Assembly: GCA_002269645.1 (NCBI GenBank)
Contig: NIVC01001757.1
Location: 62,001-126,000, forward strand
Length of the DNA: 64,000 nt
Reading direction: 5' to 3'
Origin: Macrostomum lignano
Taxonomy: Eukaryota
A program made the position numbers and the translations under genes. The notes beneath the pieces are model-generated. The model did no database searches. It was not told where the DNA came from and was given only the letters and a program-made list of their open reading frames with translations. This document shows, in pieces, positions 39,501 through 53,000 of the stretch; the first letter of the stretch is position 1, and each line of letters opens with the position of its first letter.

Positions 39501-42500
39501 TGTGTGAATCCCAAATCCCACAAATTCTAAACTCGAACAGATCCCCATTCCAGACTGTGTGAATCCCAAATCCCACAAATTCTGAACTCGAACAGATCCC
39601 CATTCCAGACTGTGTGAATCCCAAATCCCACAAATTCTGAACTCGAACAGATCCCCATTCCAGACTGTGTGAATCCCAAATCCCACAAATTCTAAACTCG
39701 AACAGATCCCCATTCCAGACTGTGTGAATCCCAAATCCCACAAATTCTGAACTCGAACAGATCCCCATTCCAGACTGTGTGAATCCCAAATCCCACAAAT
39801 TCTGAACTCGAACAGATCCCCATTCCAGACTGTGTGAATCCCAAATCCCACAAATTCTAAACTCGTACAGATCCCCATTCCAGACTGTGTGAATCCCAAA
39901 TCCCACAAATTCTGAACTCGAACAGATCCCCATTCCAGACTGTGTGAATCCCAAATCCCACAAATTCTAAACTCGAACAGATCCCCATTCCAGACTGTGT
40001 GAATCCCAAATCCCAGAAATTCTGAACTCGAACAGATCCCCATTCCAGACTGTGAATCCCAAATCCCACAAATTATAAACTCGAACAGATCCCCATTCCA
40101 GACTGTGTGAATCCCAAATCCCACAAATTCTGAACTCTAACAGATCCCCATTCTAGACTGTGTGAATCCCAAATCCCACAAATTATAAACTCGAACAGAT
40201 CCCCATTCCTGACTGTGTGAATCCCAAATCTCACAAATTCTGAATTCGAACAGATCCCCATTCCAGACTGTGTGAATCCCAAATCCCACAAACTCTAAAC
40301 TCGAACAGATCCCCATTCTAGACTGTGTGAATCCCAAATCCCAGAAATTCTGAACTCGAACAGATCCCCATTCTAGACTGTGTGAATCCCAAATCCCAGA
40401 AATTCTGAACTCGAACAGATCCCCATTCCAGATTGTGTGAATCCCAAATCCCACAAATTCTGAATTCGAATAGATTCCCATTTCAGACTGTGTGAATCCC
40501 AAATCCCACAAATTCTGAATTTGAATCCATCCTCATGCACTGCATTATACTCCGCACATAAAATATTGTAAAACCGCTCGATAATCGCTAGATACAATCA
40601 AATGAAAACACCAGTAAGCATTCAAAGATAAGAACTCGGTATTATAATATAGTTACCACACAGTACCACTCATACATTCGGCAAAAGTCGTTGTTACACT
40701 CGGAGCAATTTACAATCAGTAAGAGGAGATGCTAATAGGATAAGACAGAACAAGATGCACGCACCAAGCCCAGCTCCCCAAATCCTTATGCTCCCCATGC
40801 AGTAGAATTTCAAGATTATGGCTAAGCCTATTAAGGATTCTACTGACAGATGCGATTGCAGGAAGTCAGTTCAAGAAGAGTCAAAACAAAACAAAAACTG
40901 ACTGGCACCCGTGGGCGAGCGGGACAGAACGGGAAATGGTGAAAATGGCGGCCCTTGGCATCGTTGGGGAGTCTTGGGACAATTAGCTGGCTTGGGCTAA
41001 GTAAGTTATAGTTATATTAGTTAGAAACCTCATACTAGTTGAAAGGAAACTTGAAAAAAGCATTTAAAAAAGAAGTCACTTATATAGATTTAAGAAGTGA
41101 AAAGACCGAGATTCAACTTACCTGCAACGATTGGGCCCCTCGCAGATACCATTAGAACTGCAGTTCTTGCTGCAGACAGCTGTCAGTGGAAAAGGCGGGT
41201 AAGTCATTCGAAGGTAAACAGGCGGAGTAAGTATATTCATTGTTTCAACAGCTAATGCCTCGTCATATAATTAGCAATCTGAAAAAGCGAAACTCACGTT
41301 TACTACAAAGACTGCCAGTGTAGCCCGGCATGCAAACTCTGCGACCCTGCGAGTCGCAGGTGAAATGACCAACAATATCGTTTCTAGGTACGCACAGGCG
41401 ATGACACGAGCTGCCATAGTGATTAGCTGGGCAGCGTATTCGATAACTATAGACTAATTCCACGCCGTCGGAACGCCATGAACGATGGCTTGTCCAGTTC
41501 TGACTTGGCGAGTAGTCTTTTTCGTAGGTTGATCCGTCAGCGATCAGGTACGCTTAGAGGTCAATGATGTTATGGGGCATTTGGATATATATAAGACTTT
41601 GGCTGTATTAAAACTTCTCAGAATAAGTCAAGGGTCGGCAAACTCCACATGCGGCCCGGCCCGCAAAGCTTCTCTATCCGACCCTCGGGTCCTTTGAGAC
41701 TTTTCTTCTCTCTAATCTCTCTGCTCTCCTCTCCTCTCCTACATTCTCTGGCCTTTCCTTTCTCCATTATCCATTCTGCCTACTCTATTCTCTATTCAGG
41801 GGCGTAGCCAGGATTTTCTTTTGGGGGTATCGGTTAGCTGTTATCAGAAAGCAAGGGCTTGAGATCCACATATCCCCTTAATGTATTTCTAGTGCATAAT
41901 ACATATAATTACTCTATTTGTTTGTTAATTGTTATTCTTTCGATTTGGATACCTTTCTCTTCCTTAGTTAATGGTCACAATTGCAACTGAAAAAAGGAAA
42001 AAAAATGTTGCTTTGGAAATTTGGGGGTATCGGCCGATATACCGATACCCCCCTCGCTACGCCCCTGTCTCTATTCCATAGTCATGCTCTATATAGGTCG
42101 ACTATCTGGCATTTGAGTTGAAAAAAAGTTTTACCGACCCCTGGAATAATTCAGCTATAGCTATACTGTATATGTAAACTTACAATTTTCCAAGTTGAAT
42201 TGCGTTGTAGATGGAGAGTGATAGAGTTGCACAATAAGTCGAAACGGGCCCTGGGTAGGCTGTATATATAAAATAAGAAAATAATAAATATATTATTAGA
42301 TCGGCGTAATTTCAAACTGACAAGACTCTAGCCATTCGATTGTATAAGCGACAAGTCGGAAAAGGCCAAAAATCTTAATTACCTCCCAATTATTAGACAG
42401 ATGAGAGAATCGAATATCCTTGGCACCATTGATGTTGTTATGGCCAACTAGACCAGTAATCCGGTAGGCTATATTGCATGTGACGCTATTTAGCTGTAGT

Positions 42501-42733
42501 AGTTCACTAGCTCTGCTACTAGAAGCGATGCACACTCTGGCAAACGTATTGCAGTCGCCAATGCAGCTTCCATCGGTTCTAGAGACTAAGCTGCTACAGC
42601 AGGCGCCATCGGCTAGTTTGCCTACCGTATTGTTGAGCCGGTCGAGATGCACTTCAATCTCCATGTTCATTGAGCCGCATAGGCACAGAGTCTGTAGCAT
42701 GAGAAGCGTTGCGACAAAGCAAAAGCGTAGCAT
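24531..42733 (-). CDS. Delta: Delta-type Notch ligand, 9 exons, ~759 aa: signal peptide, MNNL/C2, DSL, 7 EGF repeats, TM, intracellular tail ending AFTEV
   Basis: Exons 42733-42383, 42250-42184, 41552-41298, 41179-41122, 38916-38780, 35138-34957, 34543-34252, 27029-26381, 24819-24531 (2280 nt, phases consistent); DSL YSYRIRCPANHYGSSCHRLCVPRNDIVGHFTCDSQGRRVCMPGYTGSLC; no VWC domain, so Delta rather than Serrate/Jagged. Confidence 0.95.
24850..25370. repeat. Degenerate G-rich minisatellite (GGTGAGATTGGGGTGAGAT) in the last Delta intron
   Basis: Read directly. Confidence 0.88.
25780..26330. repeat. 34-bp minisatellite (GATGGGAAATGAGAGATGCAGGGTGAGATTTAAA)
   Basis: Read directly. Confidence 0.92.
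28080..28500. repeat. 24-bp minisatellite (GATCCCAGATTCGAGTCCCGAATA)
   Basis: Read directly. Confidence 0.9.
29180..30490. repeat. 25-bp minisatellite (GGTGCTGTAGCAATCATCTCATTTT), about 50 copies
   Basis: Read directly. Confidence 0.97.
32185..32820. repeat. 43-bp minisatellite (GGGATATGACATCCCTGAAATTCTCATGAAGTCAGATCACAGA)
   Basis: Read directly. Confidence 0.95.
33530..34120. repeat. 33-bp minisatellite (ATGTGGATTATCACTAATCCAAGCAATTATGCC)
   Basis: Read directly. Confidence 0.95.
34640..34840. repeat. ~36-bp minisatellite (ATGATTGAGGACCATGGGAAGAAGCGGTGACCCA)
   Basis: Read directly, in the intron that splits EGF4. Confidence 0.88.
35315..35625. repeat. 27-bp minisatellite (ATGAGATCTCATCCCTATGAGACACCA)
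   Basis: Read directly. Confidence 0.9.
36370..37530. repeat. Minisatellite with 49-bp and 35-bp variants (GGCGCCAAAAATAGCGCC[ATATTATTAGCGCC]GACAGATGATGGTTTCT)
   Basis: Read directly. Confidence 0.96.
39065..40520. repeat. 55-bp minisatellite (GAATCCCAAATCCCACAAATTCTAAACTCGAACAGATCCCCATTCCAGACTGTGT)
   Basis: About 26 copies read directly. Confidence 0.97.
41629..42143. mobile_element. hAT-type MITE (outer element of a nested pair)
   Basis: Imperfect TIRs CAAGGGTCGGCAAACT / AGTTTTACCGACCCCTG; 8-bp TSD GAATAAGT / GAATAATT (1 mismatch). Confidence 0.75.
41797..42067. mobile_element. MITE (271 bp) nested in the 41629-42143 element
   Basis: Perfect TIRs CAGGGGCGTAGC / GCTACGCCCCTG; perfect 8-bp TSD TCTCTATT. 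Confidence 0.9.
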
Positions 42734-42836
42734 TTAAAGTTAGTAATACGATCGCAAGTATTAAAAATAAATTCTACAGATGGGTTTCGACTCTCGTGTG
42801 TTGTGTGTAGCTCTTTTGTTTCTTATTGAGGCGCAG

Positions 42837-42844
42837 TTTATATA
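42837..42844 (-). promoter_or_regulatory. Candidate TATA box of Delta
   Basis: TATATAAA about 100 bp upstream of ATG 42733. Confidence 0.45.
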
Positions 42845-44019
42845 AGCTTGAATGAATGCACGTCCTAATCTATAACCAGTTGAGGAATTCTCCTATCAAA
42901 GAACCTATTACTTTTTCGGGCGATATAAATAGGCCAAGGTCTACTATGTTTGTACGCAAAGTGAGCCAAGGCAAAATAAATGTACACCATGAGCGGGATA
43001 GGGTTGGGGGTAGAATTGGGGGCCCCCATGGTCCGCGCACCCCCCTCTAATCTCGTCCCTCCTCTCCGATCAAAGCGAGATGCCCTTTGCACACTGAGAG
43101 CCCCCTCACCCAGGCGCAGGCCCCATTCATTTAATTTAAAAAATAAGTCAAATTAAATGCTAAAATGATGTGATCAGCGGCGTCCACACAAACCCTCTCT
43201 TAAATACAATAATGCGAGGAAAAGGCAGAGGGCCCAACTCCAATTCGATTATCAATTAATTATATTACCCACCTGAACAACATGCGGGAAAACTTCCTAA
43301 GGCACAGATAAGTATACTGAGGCCTCCGCTCCGAACCCAGAGTTAGGCATCATAAAATAGAATTTAAAATAAGGCCGCACGGACAGCGGAGGAAAAATCA
43401 TTTAATTATTAGCTAAACAATATAAAATTTTAAGCACCGACTTTCATTTTTTATCTAATCAGATCAATTTAGAGGATGCCGATTCCCCGGACTTTCTACC
43501 GGACTTCCGCCGGGGAATTTTGACCTCTTTCAAATTGTCTAATTAGTCCACATGGATGGAGTTAAATGGAGTAATTAGTTAATTAAGATCTATTGATAAA
43601 ATAAACGCTATTTTCTACCTTTCAGGTGTGTGCTTATACGCTAACTGTTTTGTTGTTTTCGTTGTATGTATAACCCGAACATACGAGCTATATGTCTAGT
43701 AGAATCTATATTATGGGAATAGATGGGAATAGGGAGATGGGAATAAATGGGAATAGAATAGCAAAATGTCAAATTGGGGATAATTAGGGATTAATTCTTT
43801 ATTATTGCCATTGGGGATTAATACAAACTCTGGGATAAACGAACCACTTTTTATGGTTGACTGCTGGGATTTCTGTGACCTGTGGATAAGTGCTAATCTG
43901 GCAGCATCTGACCTAGGGGATTTTGAACAAAAGGCTGTTTATTCAAGCTTTTGCTTCCCAGGGAGCTGTCTCAGTTTGTCTCAGACAGACTAACACGAAG
44001 ACAAATGTCGACTCTGCCT

Positions 44020-44077
44020 TGGGGATAGCAAAATCCCGGTTTTTTGCGATCCCGGAATCCCGGGATTGCAATCCCTA
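44020..44077. mobile_element. Minimal 58-bp MITE
   Basis: TIRs TGGGGATAGCAA / TTGCAATCCCTA (2 mismatches); perfect 8-bp TSD CTCTGCCT (44012-44019, 44078-44085). Confidence 0.8.
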
Positions 44078-46659
44078 CTCTGCCTCTGCTTTGACTCTGT
44101 CGTACTTCAGTTGATCATCCAGTCAATCTACAGCCCTCAATTTTCACTTCCCAAGTTTTCTAACCTCTAACAGTCCTCTAACAGTCACCTCTAACAGTCA
44201 CAATCACAACCCACAGGCACAATGGCCGCCATTGCTTTCGTGAATTGAACAACTACCAGTAAAGTTGAGTAAACCGCAAGTCTCACCTGCAGAAATAATA
44301 ACGCGGCCGAAACTACACGCCGAGCTGTCATAGTCCACTGTTACACTGTATAGATTGGAACCAGCGGAAGTGGTGAAAAAGTTCGTTAAAAATAGACCGC
44401 TGCAACCCCCAAAGTGAAATTTTTTTTGTTTATATAGGCCGATATAAGTGGTCGCGTAGACTTGAAATTTAGCTAAATCAATGAATGAAAATAAATTTGC
44501 AAGGCTTGGTCCAACTGCAAGTCCGCAGGCCGAGCTCTCTGTCCCGCTGTATCTCTTTTTACTTTTACACCCGCCGCCGTGAGCCTTTACAACCCCCTCC
44601 CTATTTTAGTTTTGGGCGGGAAGGGGCGGCGGCACAAACCAGCCAACCCCCTTGCGCAGGCCTCTCCCACCACCCCTCCGTTCAATTAGGCCAATCCTTG
44701 ACTGGCGTTTTCCAACCCAGCCCACCCCCCAATGGACCAACTCCGTTGGCCTTTTTAGAGTGTCGGCAGGATTTTGAGTCTACCTTTTGGTCCTTTTAGA
44801 CGATAAACGTCAATTCCTATAAAGACCTGGGGCGCGCGAGCGTACAAATAAAAGTTTAGTGCTGCTTAAACACTTTTTTACGTCGATAAACAACTTTAAA
44901 ACAGTCAAGTTCATTCATCCAGGGACCAAAGGGGTTCAGGAATTTCTGAATTTCTAGTACACTGCTTAGAGAAGTTTCCGGGTTTTCTTTACATTAAATA
45001 AATAATAGTCGCTTTTCACGTGATCGACATTATACTACTACTAATAATATAATACGGGATTCAGGTTTCAACTTAGCAGGCGAGCGAGAATGAAAGCAAC
45101 AGACCTATTTCACTGGCGCCGTCTGGTCTGGACTCTGGACGGAATCGGAAAGTGTTGATTGAACCAGCGAGGTCAAATGCAAAAGGGGTGAACAAGGCTT
45201 CGATTTAAAAGGCGTTAATCCAACCCGGAGTGAATTTTATGTCGTTGTTTACAACTCTTCTGCTGAACTAACTCTTGGCTGTGCAATTGTTAAATCAAAA
45301 GTAATCAAACAAAAAACTCGTTTGAACTTCTACTACCAAGACTAAAGACAACAGCAGTCAGTAAACACAAGCACAGGCGCCGCCAATCTTTATCGCCAAA
45401 GCAGACGAAAAACATTTTGACATTTTGTGATCGCAATCCCGGGGATCCTGTGATTGGGCCCATTGTCAACTCTGCCTTAAATCACGAAATTTACTAATTG
45501 AAGCGTATCACTGATCAGTGCTTTTGTTGATAAGTCACAGATGTAAATATATATATCTACGAGTAGACCCGCGATGAAAATATGTCAAGGGTCGCTCAAA
45601 AAGTGGGGGGGGGGCAGGGTCACGCCCCCCTCTTCCGACGCCTTATGGCCGCAGGCACCCTTTTTGCGCTGCAGGTACTCATTTCCATTTTGCTGCCGCA
45701 GGCTCTATATTTTGTCGCCCTGAAGCAAAATTATTGATTTTTATAACGGGGGGGGGGCACATGCCCCCCCGGTGGCGACGCCCCTGGAACAGATTTCACT
45801 AGCTCTCGCATACACTGTAGTCTACTCCTTGATGGATTCTGATACTACGATTAATTAAATTGGCCAAATTAGGCAGTTGCCTAAGCTAAACCTCTACCAC
45901 TACACTATACTTACTACACTCATAAATACGAAATTATGAACTTTACATTGAGTAAAAACTCAAAAGTACTTTAGATTTTACTACTTCACGTAAGCGAAAG
46001 AACCTCAAGAATTCTGGGACTTTTTACTCCGGCTGACACATTCTTATGAACGTTGCACTTTGTTTGATATTCTAATTGCTAAGTTTAAAGTGTTATTTAT
46101 AAAAAAACTTTAATTAAAACAAAATTAAAGAATTAAGACTAGAAAAACCACACACAATTTAAGGTTAGAACCCGACGAAGCTTAAAGACTTTATTTCCGC
46201 CCGAAAGGAATTATTTTATTGTTTTAATAATTGCGGCACATATATTGTAGGTAGAAACAAAAAGTACGCCGAAAATTGGATATAGAAAAGCAGGTGTTAA
46301 ACAAAAATAAATTGCAATAGTTGAGCGTAAGATGCATTTTCTGGTAACTACGAAAGTAAGCAGTTTAATAAAGTCGTATAAAAGAGCCATTTTGACGGTT
46401 GTATAATTCGTATAAAATTGACAAAAGTGCAATGGGTTACCAACAATCACGACACAAAAATAAGTATAATATTAATTATGGTATAAATAAAAATGCTTGT
46501 GCAAGTTTAGCAGCTGAAATAGAGCAGTAGAAGGTTAAAATTAGCGATTTATTTACTGGTGAATTTGGCATTGGCCTTGTAGGCTTGCAATTGAGCAATT
46601 AAATTACAACAATAATTAATTAGGTCTTAATTAGGGATCATTTAGGCTCTTTGGTAGGG

Positions 46660-46960
46660 GTCAATTAAGTCTTTGTTGAGGCTTGGGAGTCGAGTTGGGT
46701 CTTTGTTGGGACTTGGGAGTCGAGTTGGGTCTTTGTTGGGACTTGGGAGTCGAGTTGGGTCTTTGTTGGGACTTGGGAGTCGAGTTGGGTCTTTGTTGAG
46801 ACTTGGGAGTTGAGTTGGGTCTTTGTTGGGACTTGGGAATCGAGTTGGTCTTTGTTGAGACTTGGAAGTCGAGTTGGGTCTTTGTTGGGACTCGGGAGTC
46901 GAGTTGAGTCTTTGGGACTTGGGAGTCAAGTTGGGTCTTTGTTTGGACTAGGGAGTCAAT
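46660..46960. repeat. 30-bp minisatellite (GGGACTTGGGAGTCGAGTTGGGTCTTTGTT) just 3' of the cnn-like stop
   Basis: Read directly. Confidence 0.93.
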
Positions 46961-47065
46961 ATATATGAGTATATATATGATCAGTAAAGTACGCAGTAAG
47001 CTGTTGCAAGTTACAAACTATTAGCAAGTATATATTAATAGTCATAAATAACGAGTTTTGCCAAT

Positions 47066-50000
47066 TCAAAGCGATGCATTGTGCTGCTGCCGTTCGGCCT
47101 GCAAAAGTCGCTGTTTAGCAGTGGCCAGCAGAGTCTCTGTCGTGCTCAACCGATCGGAGAATTCGCCAAGCGACGACAGCCAGCCGGCGTCCTCGTCTGA
47201 CGGCGGCCGCGGCGGCGCCGACTGCGGCAGGCGACTCTGAGCGTCGACGGCGCGCTGTCGAAGACAATCGGACTCGGCTTTGGCAGCTTCGAGTCGGCGT
47301 CCAATTTCGACAGACTCGTCGCCGTCGACGTCAGCGTCGCCAATTTTGTTGTTTTCGTTGTCGTCGTAGTCGACAAAGTCGGTAGCCAGAATGGCGACGG
47401 CGGCGGCGGCGCACCTGGCGGCCGAGGACAACTCGCGACGCAGCTGACGACTATTGTTGACCTCGTTATTGGCGTCGGTGCTTGTTGTCAAGACGACGGC
47501 CTGATCGACGGCGCGGCGACATTCGGCAACTTCGAGGCGCAGCAGTTCGAGGCGGTCGAGACGGCAGACGGCGCGTTGAGGCCCAGCGGAGAGACGGGCC
47601 GGTGGCTGCTCAGCGGCGGCGGCGGCAGCAGCGACGTCTGCAAGTGAAAGAGGAAGTCGAGTTGCGACATTAAAGGACATTGAAGGTCATGAGTTAGCGA
47701 AGGCATTTATTTTATAGGTATTTAGTGACCATTCACTTCTCAGAAGAGATTTTGCAGGGCGATTTCCCAGAGCGATTCTTATGTTGGGTAGAGCGATTTC
47801 CCAGGGCGATTCTTATGTTGGTAGAGCGATTTCCCAAGGCGACTTTTATGTTGGGTAGAGAGATTTCCCAGGGCGATTCTTAAAGTTGGTGAAGCGATTT
47901 CCCAGGGCGATTTTTAAGATTCATAAGGCGATTTCTGGAGGATTGAAGGCAATTTCATGGGGTGATTATCAAAGTTTGTATCGCCATTTTCTACTCTTTG
48001 AGGAATGATTGTTAAACAAGAATAATGAGGCGGTTTACCGCTACGACAATCGACAAATTCTACCCACAACAAGCAACATAAGACAAACTGCTCACTAGAA
48101 TTGTTGTTGTCCTTAGCAACAGCTTTGAGCTCGTTATTCTCTTTGCGCAGCTCGTCGGCCGTCCGACGCAGACTGGCCAATTCGTCCGCTCGACCGTCAG
48201 CGTTGGCCAGCTGGCCAGCTAAGCGACGCGATTCGGCCAAGGATTGCGATAGGCGCGAGCGTAGATGGCGCAGATCGCGTAGTGCGCGTCGCAATTCGCG
48301 CGCCAAAGCTAATGGTCCACCGTCGCTGCATCCGGTGTTGGCATTGGCCGAGGCGCTCAGGCCGCCAATTGCGCCGCAGTTGGACACGCGGGCCAGAGCA
48401 TCGTGCAGCGTGATCTCGGCTTGGATCACCTCGGGCCAAGCAGCGGCAGCGGCGGCGGCGGCAGCGGCGGAGGCGGAATCGCCGCAGACGGCAGGACTCG
48501 GACTGCAAGCTCTGGCCGCTTCTAGGGGAGTGCCAGAACTGCTGGCGCCCGTGGCAGTTGAAGTCGATGAAGACGACGCGTTGGTCGACAGTGAACCTTC
48601 GAGCTCGTCGGGATCGAAATCGGCGCCTGCGGCGGCGTTGGCGGCAGCGCCGGTGCCGGCGGGATGCGGCGCGCCTAGACGAGAGATGTAGCGCAGAAGC
48701 TTCTCCGTCAGGGCCGTCTTGTCCTCGATTTCAAGCTTGGTGCTGCGAAACAAAATAGGGATGACGCATTACGAGACTTGATTCTAAGAAACGCTGCTTC
48801 TAAGAAAAATAACTTAAATCTTTAATAACAAATGTTATACACTTACGCTTTGAGCTCCAGACTCAGCTGATTGCAGGTGTCGTCACTTTTCTTTAACATA
48901 GCCTTCAACTGACTGTTGGACTTCTGAACGGATTCAAGTCGCCTGTCGGTGGGTTATTTTAGATTTAGGAGTAAAAGAGTTTATTAGTGTGTACTATTTA
49001 ATTACAAATTCAAATCAGCATTCTAAAATCTGAAGATCTGGAACGGTGGCTGTGGTCCAGCAACTGAGGATTTGGGAGGCTGGCCCAGCGACTGAGGATT
49101 TGGGAGGCTGGCCCAGCGACTGAGGATCTGGGAGAATGGCTCAGCAACTGAGGATCTGGGAGAATGACTCAGCAACTGAGGAGCTGGGAGAATGGCTCAG
49201 CAACTGAGGAGCTGGGAGGCTGGCCCAGCAACTGAGGAGCTGGGAGAATGGCTCAGCAACTAAGGAGCTGGGAGAATGGCTCAGCAACTGAGGATCTGGG
49301 AGAATGGCTCAGCCACTGAGGATCTGGGAGAATGGCTCAGCCACTGAGGATCTGGGAGAATGGCCCAGCAACTGAGGATCTGGGAGAATGGCCCAGCAAC
49401 TGAGGATCTGGGAGGCTGTGGCCCAGCAACTAAAGATGTGAAAGGACCCAGAGCAACCAATTCCAAGAAACGCATATTAACTCACTTAGTCCGCGAGTTC
49501 AGCTTGGCCCGCAGCTCCTCTGCCCGGTTCTGCAGCTCCACGCTGAGGCTGACGGCCCGCTCGCACTTGCTAGTGAGCTCGCGATAGCTGGTCAGCACTT
49601 CGGCCATCTCGGCGGCGTGACTTTGACGCTTCTGATGCTCCTGGTCCTGCTGCGGGTGCGAGCGGAGGGTAAGGGCGTTACACGCTGGCTGAATGCTTAG
49701 CAGAGTACGTGTCTACGTGCTGTACTGGCTACTGTGTATGCCTTTCTACTGCAGAATAGTATCTATCTGCTCGTTAGACATGTGTATATGTCGTAGAACA
49801 ATATCTATCTACCATAGAAAATATTTATCTACTGTAGGACAATACCTATCTACTGTAGGACAATACCTATCTACTGTAGGACAATATCTATCTACTGTAG
49901 GACAATATCTACTGTAGGACAATATCTACTGTAGGACAATATCTATCTACTGTAGGACAATATCTACTGTAGGACAATATCTACTGTAGGACAATATCTA

Positions 50001-53000
50001 CTGTAGGACAATATCTACTGTAGGACAATATCTATCTACTGTAGGACAATATCTATCTACTGTAGGACAATATCTACTGTAGGACAATATCTATCTACTG
50101 TAGGACAATACCTATCTACTGTAGGACAATATCTATCTACTGTAGGACAATATCTACTGTAGGACAATATCTACTGTAGGACAATATCTACTGTAGGACA
50201 ATATCTACTGTAGGACAATATCTATCTACTGTAGGACAATATCTACTGTAGGACAATATCTACTGTAGGACAATATCTACTGTAGGACAATATCTACTGT
50301 AGGACAATATCTATCTACTGTAGGACAATATCTATCTACTGTAGGACAATATCTACTGTAGGACAATATCTATCTACTGTAGGACAATATCTATCTACTG
50401 TAGGACAATATCTACTGTAGGACAATATCTATCTACTGTAGGACAATACCTATCTACTGTAGGACAATATCTATCTACTGTAGGACAATATCTACTGTAG
50501 GACAATATCTACTGTAGGACAATATCTATCTACTGTAGGACAATATCTATCTACTGAAGGACAATATCTACTGTAGGACAATATCTATCTACTGTAGGAC
50601 AATATCTATCTACTGAAGGACAATATCTACTGTAGGACAATATCTACTGTAGGACAATATCTATCTACTGTAGGACAATATCTATCTACTGTAGGACAAT
50701 ATCTATCTACTGTAGGACAATATCTACTGTAGGACAATATCTACTGTAGGACAATATCTATCTACTGTAGGACAATATCTATCTACTGTAGGACAATATC
50801 TATCTACTGTAGGACAATATCTATCTACTGAAGGACAATATCTACTGTAGGACAATATCTATCTACTGTAGGACAATACCTATCTACTGTAGGACAATAT
50901 CTATCTACTGTAGGACAATATCTACTGTAGGACAATATCTACTGTAGGACAATATCTATCTACTGTAGGACAATATCTATCTACTGTAGGACAATATCTA
51001 TCTACTGTAGGACAATATCTATCTACTGAAGGACAATATCTACTGTAGGACAATATCTATCTACTGTAGGACAATATCTACTGTAGGACAATATCTACTG
51101 TAGGACAATATCTATCTACTGTAGGGCAATATCTATCTACTGTAGGACAATATCTATCTACTGTAGGACAATATCTATCTACTGTAGGACAATATCTACT
51201 GTAGGACAATATCTATCTACTGTAGGGCAATATCTATCTACTGTAGGACAATATCTATCTACTGTAGGACAATATCTATCTACTGTAGGACAATATCTAC
51301 TGTAGGACAATATCTATCAACTGTAGGACAATATCTACTATAGGACAATATCTACTGTAAGACAATATCTATCTACTGTAGGACAATATCTACTGTAGGA
51401 CAATATCTATCTACTGTAGGACAATATCTACTGTAGGACAATATCTACTGTAGGACAATATCTATCTACTGTAGGACAATATCTACTGTAGGACAATATC
51501 TACTGTAGGACAATATCTATCTACTGTAGGACAATATCTATCTACTGTAGGACAATATCTATCTACTGTAGGACAATATCTATCTACTGAAGGACAATAT
51601 CTACTGTAGGAAAATATCTATCTACTGTAGGACAATATCTACTGTAGGACAATATCTACTGTAGGACAATATCTATCTACTGTAGGGCAATATCTATCTA
51701 CTGTAGGACAATATCTATCTACTGTAGGACAATATCTATCTACTGTAGGACAATATCTATCTACTGTAGGACAATATCTATCTACTGTAGGACAATATCT
51801 ATCTACTGTAGGACAATATCTATCTACTGTAGGGCAATATCTATCTACTGTAGGACAATATCTATCTACTGTAGGACAATATCTATCTACTGTAGGACAA
51901 TATCTACTGTAGGACAATATCTATCAACTGTAGGACAATATCTACTATAGGACAATATCTACTGTAAGACAATATCTATCTACTGTAGGACAATATCTAC
52001 TGTAGGACAATATCTATCTACTGTAGGACAATATCTACTGTAGGACAATATCTACTGTAGGACAATATCTATCTACTGTAGGACAATATCTACTGTAGGA
52101 CAATATCTACTGTAGGACAATATCTATCTACTGTAGGACAATATCTATCTACTGTAGGACAATATCTATCTACTGTAGGACAATATCTATCTACTGTAGG
52201 ACAATATCTACTGTAGGACAATATCTATCTACTGTAGGACAATATCTACTGTAGGACAATATCTATCTACTGTAGGACAATATCTACTGTAGGACAATAT
52301 CTACTGTAGGACAATATCTATCTACTGTAGGACAATACCTATCTACTGTAGGACAATATCTACTGTAGGAAAATATCTATCTAGTAAAGGACAATATCTA
52401 TCTGCTTATAAGACAATATCTATGCACTATTTATAGAAGAGGCTACATCTCGCTACTGCAGTGCAACATCTATCTGGCAGTACCTGTGCAACGCCGTACT
52501 GTTCGCGCAATTCGCCCAGCTCAGCCTCGGTGGATTTCAGCTGAACAGTCTTCTTTAGCAGATTTGCTTCAAGCTGTTTAATATTGGATTTAGCCAACTT
52601 CAACTCGGACTCGACCGACTCAAGTTGAGCAGTCTTCTCAATCAGGTTCGAGTCCAACTGTTCATAATTAGCTTTGGCGGACTCTAACTCAGATTCGGCA
52701 GTCTCAAGTTGAGCAGTCTTAGCAGCCAGTTCAGCTTCTAATTGTTCGATATTTGACTTAGCCGACTGCAGCTCAGATCTGGAAGACTCAAACTGAGCAG
52801 CCTTCTCAACTAGGTTGGCTTCCAACTGTTCGACATTCGAATTGGCCAACTGCAACTCGGACTCGGCGGACTCAAGCTGAGTCTGTTTATCAACTAACTC
52901 GGCTTCTAATTTATCGACGGTGGCCTTGAGCAATTCTAGCTCGGATTCTGCTGTCTCTAGTTGAGCAGTCTTCTCAATTAGGCTAGTTTCGAACTGTTCA

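Noticed and set aside
45560-45790. Complete MITE ending in GCGACGCCCCTG
   Set aside because: Only the right end is recognisable; no matching left TIR or TSD found.
48101-48691. 196-aa plus-strand ORF (also 54485-54796, 59156-59653, 24489-24812)
   Set aside because: Antisense shadows of GC-rich minus-strand exons.
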